From Ginglymostoma cirratum (Eukaryota): a stretch of DNA of 64,000 bases. Where the stretch lies: NCBI GenBank assembly GCA_024137785.1, contig JAHRHZ010000085.1:2580107-2644106 (forward strand). Direction: 5' to 3'. Of the stretch, positions 24,786 through 38,245 are shown one piece after another (within the stretch, counting starts at the first letter, position 1; the number at the start of each line of letters is the position of its first letter). A program made the position numbers and the translations under genes. Under the pieces are notes generated by a model that saw only the letters and a list, made by a program, of their open reading frames with translations, searched no databases and had not been told where the DNA came from.

Positions 24786-25869
24786 CAGTTTTTAAACAGT
24801 ACTCGTGGAAGTCTTGCAGGGGATTAATATCAAAGAAAAGAAGAAAATCTCAAAAATGTCAGATGGCTAATGCTATTCCACATTCAAAGGATAACAATTT
24901 GAATCTATATCGCATCTTAAAAATCACAGGGCTGAAAACAAGGTAAATATTGACTCAAACTTAGCATCAGTCCCATCCTTCAGTTGCATTTACAAACGTA
25001 ATTGATGACATGTGTGCAGTATGTTGCCATTTTACCAAGTTGTTGATATGTTTGAAACCTCATGTCATTAAAAGTCCATTGCAGCAGCGTGGAAAGTTTT
25101 TAGGAGCATAAATAAAGCAGATATGGATAAATCTTTCCCCTTCGTCGAGGTATCAATGTCAAGGTGCATCAATTAACGATGAGGAGCACATGATTTAGAG
25201 GGGTTTGAGGAATTTCATTTCACACAATGAGTTGTGAGTATCATGAGCGAACTGTCTAAAACAGCAATTGACATGGGAAATCTCAAGACATTTCAGAAAA
25301 ATTTAGGTGAGTACTTGAAACCATGTAGCATACAAGGATACAGGCCAAGTGCTGGGAAATGTGATTTAAATAAGTCAATGCTCAATGACCAGCACAGACA
25401 CATTGGCCAAAAGGCAGCTTTCCTTGCAGTTAAAAAAAAATGTGACTCTGAATCTCACATCAGCATGTTTATTGTTTAGGTTTGGGATTGTTATGTTCAC
25501 TTCTACTGGGAGATCAACACATCATGGTTCATGTTACCATTCAAGGGCAGTTTCTTCGACAAACATCACACTGAAATAAACACTCCGACATCCACCAGCT
25601 GTGGCTCTGCGATGCAGGTGTCAGATTTTTTGATGCTGTGTGTGATTTATTTAAGAATGTGATCAAAACTGTAATGATGAGAAATGAAAGTAAGCCGGTC
25701 GAATAAACCCAACTCATTCTTGTTAATATGACATCTTTTCCTGTACATTTTATAACACCACATTTTACCACGCCTCAAGCTGGACATTCACCAAAGGTGA
25801 ACATGCTGTGAGAAATATTGCTTAGATACCAGAAAGCCAATTGTTTCTGGGGACCTGGGCTTGAATCTC

Positions 25870-28800
25870 ATGTTGCCTCCCAGGTGCACGGGTCAGGGAT
25901 ATCTCAGATCGGCTGCAGAACATTCTGAAGGGGGAGGGCGAACAGCCAGTTTTCGTGGTGCGTACCAATGATATAGGTAGAAAACGGGATGAGGTCCGAC
26001 AAGCAGAATTTAGGGAGTTAGGAGCCAAGTTAACAAGCAGGACCTCAAAGGTCGCAATCTCAGGATTGCTACCAGTGCCACGTGCTAGTCAGAGCAGAAA
26101 CGAAAGAATAGCCAGGATGAATGCGTGGCTTGAGGGATGGTGCAGGAGGGAGGGGTTCAGATTTTTGGGACATTGGGACCGGTTCTGGGGAAGGTGGGGC
26201 TATTACAAATTGGATGGTCTGCACCTTGGCCGGACTGGAACCAATGTCCTTGGGGGTGCTTTTGCTAACACTGTAGGGGAGGGTTTAAACTAATGTGGCA
26301 CGGGAATGGGAACCAAATATTGGACAGGTTATTGGAATGAAAGGAGGTAGTAACTAAAGCCTGTAGGGAACTAGATAATGGAGTCAGCGAGACTAAAGGG
26401 AAGAGTAGGCAGGGAGCAGATGATGAACACAAAAGGACAGGTGGTCTGAGGTGCATTTGTTTTAATGCGAGAAGTGTAGTAGATAAGGCAGATGAACTTA
26501 GGGCTTGGATCGGTACCTGGGAGTGTGATGTTATTGCTATTAGTGAGGCTTGGTTGAGGGAAGGGCATGATTGGCAACTAGATGCCCCAGGATATCGATG
26601 CTTCAGGCGAGATAGAAAGGGAGTTAAAAGGGGTGGAGGAGTTGCATTACTGGTCAAAGACCATATCACAGCTGTATTGAAGGAGGGCACTATGGAGGAC
26701 TCGAGCAGTGAGGCAATATGGGTAGAACTCAGAAATAGGAAGGGTGCAGTAACAATTTTGGGGCTGTACTACAGGCATCCCAACAGCGAGCGTGAGATAG
26801 GGGTACAAATATGTAAACAGATTATGGAAATGTGTAGGAGCAACAGGGTGGTGGTGATTGGAGATTTTAATTTTCCCAACATTGACTAGGATTCACTTAG
26901 TGCCAGGGGCCAAGATGGAGCAGAATTTGTAAGGAGCATCCAGGAGGGTTTTCTAGAGCAATATGCATGTAGTCCAACTCGGGAAGGGGCCATACTGAAT
27001 TTGGTGTTGGGGAATGAGCCCAGCCAGGTGGTTGAAATTACAGTAGGGACTACTTTGGAAATAGTGACCACAATTCTGTAAGTTTTACAACACTCATGGA
27101 CAAAGATGAGAGTGGTCCTAAAGGAAGAGTTCTAAACTGGGGGAAGGCCAACTATACCAAAATTCGGCAGGATCTGGGGAATATAGATTGGGAGAAACTG
27201 TTTGAAGGGAAATCCACATGTGATATGTGGGAGGCTTTTAAAGAGAGGTTGATTAGAGTGCAGGAGAGACATGTTCCTGTGCAAATGAGGGATAGAAATG
27301 GCAAGGTTAGGGAACCATGGATGACAAGTGAAATTGTGAGACTAGCTGAGAGGAAAAATGAAGCATACGTAAGGTCTAGGTGACTGAAGACAGACGAAGC
27401 TTTGGAAGAATATAGGGCGAATCTAAAACGAGGAATTAAGAGGGCTAAAAGGGGACATGAGATATCTTTAGCAAACATGGTTAAGGAAAATCCCAAAGCC
27501 TTTTATTCGTAGATAAAGAGCAAGAGGGTAACTGGAGAAAGGATTGGCCCACTTAAGGACAAAGAAGGAAAGTTATGCGTTGAGTCAGAGAAAATGGGTG
27601 ACATTCTTAACAAGTCCTTTGCATCGGTATTCACCAAGGAGAGGGACATGACGGATGTTGAAGTTAGGGATAGATGTTTGATTACTCTCGGTCAAGTCGG
27701 CATAAGGAGGGAGGAAGTACTGGGTATCCTAAAAGGCATTAAGGTCGACAAGTCCCCAGGTCCTGATGGGATCTATCCCAGGTTACTGAGGCAAGCGAGA
27801 GGGGAAATAGCCGGGGCTTTAACAGGTATCTTTGCAACATCCTTAAACACGGGTGAGGTCCCGGAGAACTGGAGAATTGTTAATGTTGTCCCCTTGTTTA
27901 AGAAGGGTAGCAGGGATAATCCAGTTAATTACCGACCGGTGAGCCTGACTTCAGTGGTAGGGAAGTTGCTGGAGAAGATACTGAGGGATAGGATCTATTC
28001 TCATTTGGAAGAAAATGGGCTTATCAGTGATAGACAACGTGGTTTTGTGCAGGGAAGGTCATGTCTGAGCAACTGAACAGAATTCTTTGAGGACGTGACA
28101 AAGTTGATTGATGAGGGAAAGGCTGTAGATGTCATATACATGGACTTCAGTAAGGCGTTTGATCGGGTTCCCCATGGCAGGCTGATGGAGAAAGTGAAGT
28201 CGCATGGGGTCCAGGGTGTGCTAGCTAGATGGATAAAAAACTGGCGAGGCAACAGGAGACAGAGAGTAGTAGTGGAAGGGGGTTTCTCAAATTGGAGACC
28301 TGTGACCAGTGGTGTTCCACAGGGATCTGTGCTGGGACCACTGTTGTTTGTGATATACGTAAATGATTTGGAGGAAGGCATAGGTGGTCTGTTTAGCAAG
28401 TTTGCAGATGACTCGAAGATTGGTGGAGCAGCAGATAGTGAAGGGGACTGTCAGAGATTAAAGCAGAATATAGATAGATTGGAGAGTTGGGCAGATAAAT
28501 GGCAGATGGAGTTCAACCTGGGTTAATGCGAGGTGATGCATTTTGGAAGATCTAATTCAAGAGGAAACTATACAGTAAATGAAAAAGTCCTGGGGAAAAT
28601 TGATGTACAGAGAGATCTGGGTGTTCAGGTCCATTGTTCCCTGAAGGTGGTTATGAAGGTCAATAGAGTGGTCAAGAAGGCATACGGCATGCTTTCCTTC
28701 ATCGGACGGGGTACTGAGTACAAGAGTTGCAGGTCATGTTACAGTTGTATAAGACTTTGGTTCGCCCACATTTAGAGTACTGCGTACAGTTCTGGTCACC

Positions 28801-29320
28801 ACATTACCAAAAGGATGTGTATGCTTTCAAGAGGGTACAGAGGAGGTTCACCAGGATGTTGCCTGGTATGGAGGGTGCAAGCTATGAAGAAAGGTTGAGT
28901 AGACTAGGATTATTTTCATTAGAAAGACGGAGATTGAAAGGGGACCTGACTAAGGTCTACAAAATCATGAGGGGTATAGACAAAGTTGATAGCAAGAAGC
29001 TTTTTCCCCAGAGTGGGGAACTCAATTACTGGGGGTCATGAGTTCAAAGAGAGAGCAGGACAGGTTACAGGAGATATGCGTCGAAAGTTCTTTATGCAGA
29101 GGGTGGTGGGTGCCTGGAACACGTTGCCAGCGGAGGTGATACACGAAGACACGTTAGTGTCTTTTCAGATGTATCTGGACAGGTACATGGATGGACAGGG
29201 AGCAAAGGAATACAGACCCTTAGAAAATAGATGACAGGTTTAGACAGAGGATCTCGATTGGTGCAAGCTTGGAGGGCCGAAGGGCCTGTTCCTGTTCTGT
29301 AACTCTCTTTGTTCTTTGTC
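25870..29320 (+). mobile_element. Near full-length CR1 LINE (ORF1 SGNH esterase + ORF2 APE-RT), inactivated
   Basis: TNDI..DGLHLGRTGTNVL esterase; NARS, YYRHP and GDFNFP endonuclease; KSPGPDG, NYRPVSLTS, GVPQGSVLGP and KFADD RT motifs; several stops; TTGTTCT tail. It is inserted into a SINE (halves at 25846-25870 and 29325-29590). Confidence 0.95.
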
Positions 29321-32089
29321 CTTTGATGGCAGAAGGTGGAATTTGAATTCAATAAAAAATCTGTAATGAAGAGTCTAATGGTGACCATGAGACCATTGTA
29401 CAATTGTCAGGAACAGCCCATCTGGTTTACTTATGTCCTTTAGGGAATAAAATGACCATCTTTACCTGGGATGGCCTACATGTGACTCCAGACCCACAGG
29501 AATGATGCTAATTCTTATCTGCCCTCTGGGCAACTAGGGATGGGCAATAAATGCCAGCTTAGCCTGTGATGTGTCATCCGATAAAGGAATAGAAAAACAA
29601 AACTCCTTTAAAAACATAATTGTTTCGTTTGGTGATACTATTATTGAGCATCTAATGTCAAATGGCTAATGCTATTCAAAGTTCAAAGGATAACAATTTG
29701 AATTCATATCGCATCTTTAATATCATCGGGATGGAATCAAGGTAAATATTGACTCAAACTATCCATCAGCCCCATACTTCAGTTGCATTTGAAAATGAAA
29801 TTAATTACATATATCCAGTGTTTTGCCATTTTCCCAAGTTGTTAATTTATTTGAAACCACCTCGCATCAAACATCCATTGCAGCAGTGTCTCCAGTTATA
29901 AGGAAGATAGACAGAACAGATTGGGAGAAACATTTCCCCTCAGTATAGGCATCAATAAGAAGGGCACACTTTTAAGATAAGGAGTAGGTGGTTTAGAGGT
30001 GTTTGAGGAATTTTATTTCACCCACATGGTTGTGGGTACCTCGAACTAACTGTCTAAAAGAGCAACAGTGATGGGAAACCTTAAAACATTTCAGGAAAAT
30101 TGAGTTGAGTATTTGAAACCATGTAGAATATAAGGTGACAGGCCAAGTACTGGGAAATGGGATTTGAATAAATCGATGCTCGATGACCAGTACAGACACA
30201 ATGGCCTACAGGCAGATTTCCTTGCAGTTAAAATCTTCTGTGACTCTCACATCAGTGTGTTTATTGTTTATTGTTTAGGTTTGTGATTGTTACGGCCACG
30301 TCCACTGCGAGATTATCACATCATGGTCCATGTTACCGCTCAAAGGCCGTTTCATCAACAAACATCACACTCAAGTAAACACTCCGACCTCCACCAGTGA
30401 TGGCTCAGCGAAGTCAGGATCAGATTTCTGATACGATGTGTAATTTATTTCATAATGTGATCAAAAATATAACAATGAGAAATGAAATTAATCAGCATGA
30501 ATATTGGCAAAAATGTTGACTTGTGACTTCGTCAATTTTTAATTTTTTGATCATATTTCATTTTTCAAAATTCGTAACTTTTATCCTTAATAATACTGAA
30601 CCATAAGGGGAGGTATGTATATTTCCAGAATATCAGTCCCAGCAATTCAAACCTAGGCAGGATGTGGTGATGTATCTCAATTTTATCAAAAGTGCAAATG
30701 TCAAATTAGTGCTAGGTCATTCAGATCGAAATCAGTCATGATGGTAGTGGTCGAGAGTAACAAATGCATCAGAGCTAAGCATAGTCGGTCGGTAAGTTGT
30801 TATGAGGAAAGTTTGATGAGGAGCAGTAGCAGGAGGTATATGGGTGAGAGGGGAAGATGGGTTGGATGGGGTCAGATGTCTCGGCCTGTGGTGAGAGTGT
30901 TACATATCCGTATGTAGTGCTTAGTTCTTTTGGGTGAGTTAAACAGATGTGGTAAGACGGAGCTGTCTGTCGCAGTGGGATGGGGTCTGTTAAACAGGAG
31001 TCAGGGTTTTAAACAGACAGGAGTTACAGTCAGTTTTATTCTGATACTTCTTTTTTCGCCTTGTGACACACAGAAGCAGAGGATGTAGGACCAGGAGTTG
31101 GCCATTCGGCTCTTTGAGCCCAGTCGATTTTCTATGATCCTTTCTGATCATTTAATTCAATCCCCTGTTCCTGCTTTCTGCCCATAAACCATGATCCGTT
31201 AAGAGCTATATCTACATGTTTCTTGACAGTCTTCAATGTTTTAGTCTCAACAGTTTCCATGTAACTAAGAAGTAACAGGTAAGTAACAAACAGAGATGAT
31301 GCTTGCAAACCTCAACATGTTTGGCAGCACCTGTGCAAACAGAAATAAATAGAAATATCATTTCCCATCCAGGATGACCCTTCTTCAGAGCTGCTAAGTT
31401 ACCCAGAACCCTCTGAAGCCCCCGACTATAATTCAGAGTGTGATCCGTTTCAGTGGGCTCCAGGCACCAGGTGATTTCCCTCTGGAAATATAAACTTCCC
31501 AGACACTTAACACAATGTCAGTAAGTCACGACTTCCAGACATCCCAGTTGCACCCAGTCTCCAAGCATCCAGGGACTGGAAGAACTGAGCTTCATGAAAA
31601 TTCCCAATGATTGCCATTGTATTGGAGAATGAATAAACACAACTCGTGCTTGTTTATATGATTATTTTCCTGCACATTTTATTACAACGCATTTTATCAC
31701 GTCTCAAAACTGGGCATTCACCAAAGGTGAATGTGGAGCAAGAAATATTTCTTAGATGCCAGAAAGCCAATTGTTTGTTCGAATATTCTTCGCCTAATGA
31801 AAATTTCTTCTTTGCTGAAAACTACTTCATGCATTTCTAATTAATTAACAAATACACCACATGCTGACATGCATATCTGCACAACCCAGTGAAAGTCACT
31901 CCATCAAGGTAAGTTGCCATCTGTGGTAACTGACAGCAGGTTGGTGCTGAGAAATTGTGCTACTTGGAGCCATCTACATGTCGGTTTATTGTGCAATACG
32001 TACCATTTAACTGAGCTTACAGACAAGTGAAAATATTGTAGAGCTGAGCTCAATACATGAAACACAGGGAGGTGACGGCCTAACACGGC

Positions 32090-32430
32090 CAAATGACAGC
32101 CACTGGACTGTTAATCCAGATGCCGAGGTAATGTTCTGGGGACCTGGTTTCGAATCCCATGATGGAAGATGTTGGAATCTGAATTCAATAAAAATAATCT
32201 GGAATGAAGAGTCTAATGAGATACATGAGACCATTGTACAATTGTCAGGAAAAACCCATCTCATTCACTTCGGTCCTTCAGGGAATAAAATGGCCATCTT
32301 GACATGGACTGGCCGACCTGTGACTCCAGACCAATAGGAATAAGGTTGACTCTGACCTACCCTCTGGGCAATTGGGGATGGGCAATAAATGCTGGCTGAG
32401 TCCATGATGTCTTCATCCGATCAAAGAATA
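32090..32430 (+). mobile_element. tRNA-type SINE with LINE-shared tail (uninterrupted paralog of 25846/29325-29590)
   Basis: gttctggggacctggtttcgaatcccatgatggaag.. through gggcaattggggatgggcaataaatgctgg. Confidence 0.7.
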
Positions 32431-33887
32431 CAAAAACAAAATTCCTTTAAAAACATAATTGTTTAGTTAAGTGATACTATTATTGAGCAACTGAGCTTTG
32501 GAATGTTTTAGATTTCAATTACTTACATATTTTGTCAATGAACTGCAGAGTTGTTGGCTCTCTTTCAACTCCAGGACTCATGTTAAATGATCCAAACACC
32601 ATTGTAGCAGATCACATTTGTGCGGCCAGTCCTTTCATATTTATTGATCAACGGAAAACAATAAAGCACATATACGACAGGACAAGGAGACACCAAATTT
32701 TTAACAGCAGGGTCAAGTTCTGATTCAAATCTCATGGCTTAAAGTTCAAAATAAATTTCAACAGTTTCTAGAAAAGTCCAGTGTTACTACAACACAGCAA
32801 CACCTGGAAGACCACACATCACAAACATAATGCTGAAAACAGGTCAATTCAATCCACATGATCTCCAGTAATCGAGGATTTCTTGAATTAAAAAACACAT
32901 CTCACATATATCGATTCTCGGCTGGAAAATTTAAATTTGAGTTGTCTCCAAGACGACCTTGGTTCTGACTTATTTATGTACTGGACTTGTTCTGCTGAAT
33001 ATTGTTAAATGGAATTAATGGTTGCTGTTTTTCACCTGATTTGTACATAGCTGGTCATTTCACTGGTTGCTCACTGTTAGTTGTCCTTGAGAAGCCGGTG
33101 ATGAGCCATCCTCAGGAACTGGTGCAGTCAATGCAGTTCAGAGCTATCCAAAGTGCTGTGAAGAAGGGGATAGGTAATTTGGATCCAGGAGCAACTCAGA
33201 TGATTACAATTCTAAGGTGGATGATCCATATCATGACTGATGACTGCCTATCTTCTATCCAAGGGGTACAATTGCATAGTATTATGGAGCATTTCCAATT
33301 ACCATTCCCGAGATGAATGCAGTTGTAACAGAACTCTAGAGAGTAGCATTGTCCAGGACAAAGCAGCACATTTAATCTGAAAACACATTGTTTTAAATTA
33401 TCATTTTACCTCACACGTAATAATAGCACTTCAGAAGGAAACAAACTGATCTCGACAGTCATTAACAGGCGTTTGTAAAGACAGCGAATTAATATGAATA
33501 GCACATATGAGCAGTAAACCTATGATATGTTTAAACTGAAAACCTTCATTTCATACTAAATTTCCTTCTGAACATCTATATTAGAAAAGGATCAGAACAA
33601 ATAGAAGCAATCACCGTTTCTCAGCCCTTTACATGTTTCTAGATCCTTTCAAGCCATGGAGTTGATGGATTCCCGAGACCAAAAATACTCAATGCAGTTT
33701 CCTTATGATGAGAGCATTTCTCGACAGAACTAAGGTGGAACATTGGAAAGAAGGTTGCTGAAGCACCAGAACAATGAGGTAAATTAATCATTCAACAACC
33801 AGTTTGTTTGTCACGTCGATTGATGAAACGATGTCACAAATTACAAGAATTCGAAATATACTTAAACACAATAACGTAACAAACCCG

Positions 33888-34015
33888 AGATAACAAAGTG
33901 TAGAGCTGGATGAACAAACGTCAGCTTTCCTGCTCCTCTGATGCTGCTTGGCCTGATGTGTTCATCCAGCTCTACACCTTGTTATCTAAGATTCTCCAGC
34001 ATCTGCAGTTTCTGC
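33888..34015. mobile_element. Penelope-derived hairpin mini-insertion
   Basis: gagataacaaagtgtagagctggatgaac and its reverse complement ~50 bp downstream. Confidence 0.75.
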
Positions 34016-35278
34016 TGTCTCTGAAACAACGTAACGAACACAACAGGAAAATCAAGTGCTCTCGATTTTAAATTTGTCGAGGCATTTAAAAAATAATAAG
34101 AAAAGGGATTTCGACAGGGTAATCTGATATTGCTGCTCTGCTCTTGAGGATATTGGGGCGACAGGTTTATCATTGAGCCTCACTTTCCTGCTCGCATTGC
34201 AGGATGTAGCAATAGTTTCGCCTCCATGTCCTTCAACTTGGTACAGTTGCAGTGGGCTGCTTCTTCCCAGCATTTCATTTTAAGAAGCTAACAACACTGA
34301 AAACCAAAAGCACTTGTCCGTGTCTGTCGAACAAGGAGCCAACAAATCAAAACATACTATCGAGGATTCAGTGTGAAGCATTGCAGATTACAGCACTTCA
34401 ATTGCACATCTGAGCAAAGACAACTTGTGAAACGGACAAAGGTGTCTGTCACTGACATCCGTTCAAGCAACAGGTTCTCGATCGTGACCACACTCTGCGA
34501 TAAATTGTTTCATCTTCTCCCCGTCAAGGTTTTCCATCATTGTCTCTAAATCTATAACTCCCGCATCACTGACCTCAATATGAAGGTCACTTACTTTTTC
34601 CCCATCGGCCCATCTCAGTTTTGTGCATTCCAATGAAATTCCCCCTCAGACTCATTTTCTTTCCGTGGTAAAATCTTCATCCCACCCAATCCAATCACGT
34701 CTCAACAACAACCTCCCAAATACCTTCTGTACGTTCTCTAGTGTTGTCATTTTTGTTACAGTTTCCAGTTACAAAACCAGCAGATTTTATTTGAAAAGGC
34801 GTGCGTTTTTAAGTCAGAAAGTAGTCATGTGCTCATTGACGCACACAAACGTTTGTGACGAAGTTAGAGACACAGCTGAGCATTTAAGAATCATTTGTCT
34901 GTCCTGTTCTCAGTCACAACTAATGGTCTCACATTTTCTCTGCCAATATGTCTCCGTGTCATTCACTGTGGGAAGTCTGTCTGCTGTGCATCTTGTGTGC
35001 AGGTACATTTTTCTTTTGCTGTGCATTCACTGATCATAAGCAAGACACAACGTGAACTTACAGCTAGATTTAATAAATAAATGGATATTTTTCATTCTTG
35101 TTGTCTTTTTTTTTCAAGTCCGTTATTCCCAGAAATCATTTGTCACTGGGTCTGTCAGAAGAAAAATATAGAACATTCAATTAGCACAATAGTTTACAAA
35201 TGGGAGAATTAGTCGAACTGTAAAATGTGGTAAATTACTGTTGCATCAGTGGTCTGGAATAATGATGTTATTTGGGTG

Positions 35279-35636
35279 ATGCAGGCTGTCCTTCTGTTCG
35301 ATCTCAGTGTGTCTCCTTGGTTGACAGTTGCGGTGAGCAATTCGGCCAAAGTGAATCCTGATCTTACACGAAAAACGGTGCAGAGAAGTTCATCAGTTCT
35401 CATGCAATGTCCTTTCTCCTACGAGTTCGACGATTCAAATGTTGTTGCGCACTGGTGGGGAGAAGATAACAAAACCCTTCTGCAGGAAGATAGCAAAAAG
35501 TTCTTCCGTGTAATTAGAGGAGAAGCCAACCTTAATCTTCTGAATGTGACTGTCCGGGACGCTGGAACATATCACTGTGCAGTCACATATCAGAAACGAA
35601 AGCTTGGGAAAACTGCTGTGCAACTTACTGTATATG
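35279..35636 (+). CDS. Leader + Ig V-type exon of a V-C1-TM-ITIM receptor (copy D)
   Basis: Open frame MQAVLLFDLSVSPWLTVAVSNSAKV..VLMQCPF..HWW..ANLNLLNVTVRDAGTYHCAVTY..LGKTAVQLTVY, with a consensus phase-1 donor G|GTAAGT at 35636/35637. The exact start codon is uncertain. Confidence 0.85.
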
Positions 35637-35824
35637 GTAAGTGTCACCCCAGATAAACACGGAGTCTTAGCTGCTTGAAAACAATCAACAACAGTAATCA
35701 AAACAATTTATTGAACACAATAAAATATTGGCAGTTTAAGATGAAACGTGTTCAAGAATATGGAGACCTTGGAGAAACAATAACACCTCAAAGTTTGAGA
35801 TCTACACTCTATTAAAAATAAATC

Positions 35825-36625
35825 ACTTGTGGGAGGTGGGCATCACTGGCTGGCCAGCAGTTATTGCCTGTTCCTAGTTGTCCTTGACAAGGTGGTGGTG
35901 AGCTGCCTTCTTGAACTGCTGCAGACCATGTGCTGTAAATAGACTCACAATGCCATTAAGGGGAAATTACAGGATTTTCACTCAGTGTCAGTGAAGGAAC
36001 AGTGATGTATTTCCAAGTGAGGATGGTGAGTGGCTCGGGAGAAACTTGCAGGTGGTGGTGTTCCCATATAATTGCTGCTCTTGCCCTTCTAGATGGTAGT
36101 TATCGTGGGTTTGGAAGGTGTTGACTGAGCACTTTTGGTGAATTTCTGCAGTACATCTTAAAGTTAGACATTGCTGCTGCTGAGTGTCTGCGGTGTAGTG
36201 ACTGAATGTGGTGCCAATCAAGTGAGTGACTTTTTACTGGAAGGTGTCAAACTTCTTAAGTGCTTTTAGACCTGTAGACACCAGGCAAATGGGGACCATT
36301 CCAACACACTTCTGACTTGTGCCTTGCAGATGGTGGACAGGCTTCGGACAGCCAGCGGTTGAGTTACTCGCTGCCGTATTCCCAGCCTCTGGCGTCCGGT
36401 TCTATTTATATGGCTCGCCCAGTTCTGTTTCTGCTCAATGGTAACCCCAAAATGTATATAGTGGGGAATTCACTGATGGTGATGCTACTGAATGTTAAGG
36501 GGTGGATGGTTAGATTGTTCCTTATCCGAGATGGTGTTTGCCTGGCATTCATGTGGCCTGCAACGTTCCTGTCCCCTTTTCAGCCCAAGCTCGGATGTTG
36601 TCCAGTTTTTGCCATACTTGGTCAT
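35825..36625 (-). mobile_element. CR1/L2-group LINE 3' portion in intron
   Basis: Reverse-complement similarity to 11810-12610. Confidence 0.75.
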
Positions 36626-37134
36626 GGATTGCTTCAGTTTTATGCATTTAACTTTTGCAGGGAAATTGATTGCAATACTTCAAAAAAAATTTGTATGTGA
36701 ATACGGAGTGACAGGATGAGTATCCTTGAAGTTTTCTGCAATATCATGCATTTTGAAATGTTCTTTACTTCACAAGAAGAGCCAAATTCTCAGTCCCATC
36801 ACTTGGATTTTTTTTTGTTTAATTCCTAGGATCCAGGTCCAATTCCTCATCCTGTTGGCAAAAGATAAGTGCAGCATGATGATTCAAACATGTTTCTAGT
36901 ATTAAGCAGTAACAAAATCTGGAAACATTTTTTCTAAATATTCAGGAGGTATAATGAAAGGATCTGACTGTGTCTTTTCATCTGATAAACATAACATCAA
37001 TTTCATGTACTCCTCATAGCAACAATTAGTGAAACAGTCGTGCTGGAAATAAGTTGTTTTGGTCACTTCAAAGGTACTTTTTTTTGCTGAAGATGCAAAT
37101 TCGAATTATCTAATTTGTGTTATTTGCCTTTCAG

Positions 37135-37439
37135 CTCCACCAGCTCCTCTGAAAATTGTCTCAGTGCCATCCGAAGACCTTTTTTCTGTTTCTCTGCGAC
37201 TCCAGTGCAGGACGTCTGACTTTTACCCAAAAGACTTTAACCTGACTTGGTACAAAAATGGTACAAACATATTGACAGGATATAGGAATGAACAGCAGGC
37301 AAAACATGACGATCTTTATGAAGTCGTCAGCACCTTGGAGTTGCAAGATGCAGTTGAGAGCGAGACAGTTTACACCTGTCAAGTATATCAGCTTCAAGCT
37401 CATTTCCAGCAAATGCCAGCTACATTGTTACGAATAAAG
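37135..37439 (+). CDS. Ig C1-set exon (copy D), 1-nt deletion near the 3' end
   Basis: Acceptor tttgcctttcag|; APPAPLKIV..LQCRTSDFYPKDFNLTWYKNG..DLYEVVSTLEL..VYTCQVY. The paralog-matching SSSFPANASYIVTNK resumes only in a shifted frame after ~37390. Donor GT at 37440. Confidence 0.85.
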
Positions 37440-38019
37440 GTATCATTTCACAATATGTGGCACATTGAATGCTAACACATCATTCAAGATGGGTAGATAT
37501 GTAGAAAGTAGTAATCACAATTATTTGCATGTGACAATATCAAAGATATTTATTTGCCTGCAATTATGTCAAAGTCGAAATTAGGCCCAATTTTATGGAT
37601 TAAAGTTTTCTTTCTTCATGCTGTTTGGACCTGATATGTAGTTATCAGATATGAATTTGCCAAAACTAGATATCAGTTTTCAACATAGGTCACATAATTA
37701 TTTTCTTCACACACTGACGACTCGCAAAGGGCTGCATGGTCAATGTTAATTCTTCTGAAAGGGTGAAGGGTATCAAATTTGGTCAGGTCACATGTGAAGT
37801 ACTGCGTGCAGTTCTGGTTGCCCTACTAGAGAAAGGATATTATTAAACTAGAAAGAATGCAGAAAATATTTCCTAGGATGCTAAGTGCACTGGAATGTTT
37901 GAGTCATAAGGAGAGGCTGGATAGGCTGGGACATTTTTTTTTCCCCTGGAACATAGGAGACTGAGGGCTTCAATTATAGAAGTCTCGAAAATCATGAGAG
38001 GCACAGATAAATATATAGG

Positions 38020-38245
38020 CAGAGATAGGAGGAACTGCCGATGCTAGAGAATCTGAGATAACAAGGTGTAGAGCTGGATAGACACAGCAGGCGAAGCAGC
38101 ATCAGAGGAGCAGGAAAGCTGATGCTTTGGGTCTAGACCCTTCTTCAGAAATGGGGGAGGGGAAGGGGATTCTGAAATAAATAGGGAGGGGGGAAGGTGG
38201 ATAGAAGATGGATAAATGAGAAGACAGGTTCTGAAGAAGGGTTTA
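38020..38245 (-). mobile_element. Penelope terminal fragment within a CR1 relic (~37795-38010)
   Basis: Reverse complement of ~23710-23920. Confidence 0.75.

Larger units (their letters stand above)
13037..25690 (+). repeat. Segmental duplication, copy 1 (direct repeat of ~46255-58470)
   Basis: Colinear matches of unique sequence throughout (13037-14380/46255-47540, 15500-16480/50880-51850, 19590-21290/54930-56600, 23940-25690/56605-58470). Confidence 0.9.

Noticed and set aside
35573-35579. Perfect RSS heptamer CACTGTG inside the V exon
   Set aside because: It is simply the His-Cys codons of YHC, and there is no nonamer at 12 or 23 bp spacing.
35279-37439. Calling the gene an Ig light chain or TCR
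   Set aside because: No RSS, no separate J segments and no FGxGT, and it has an ITIM-bearing multi-exon tail.
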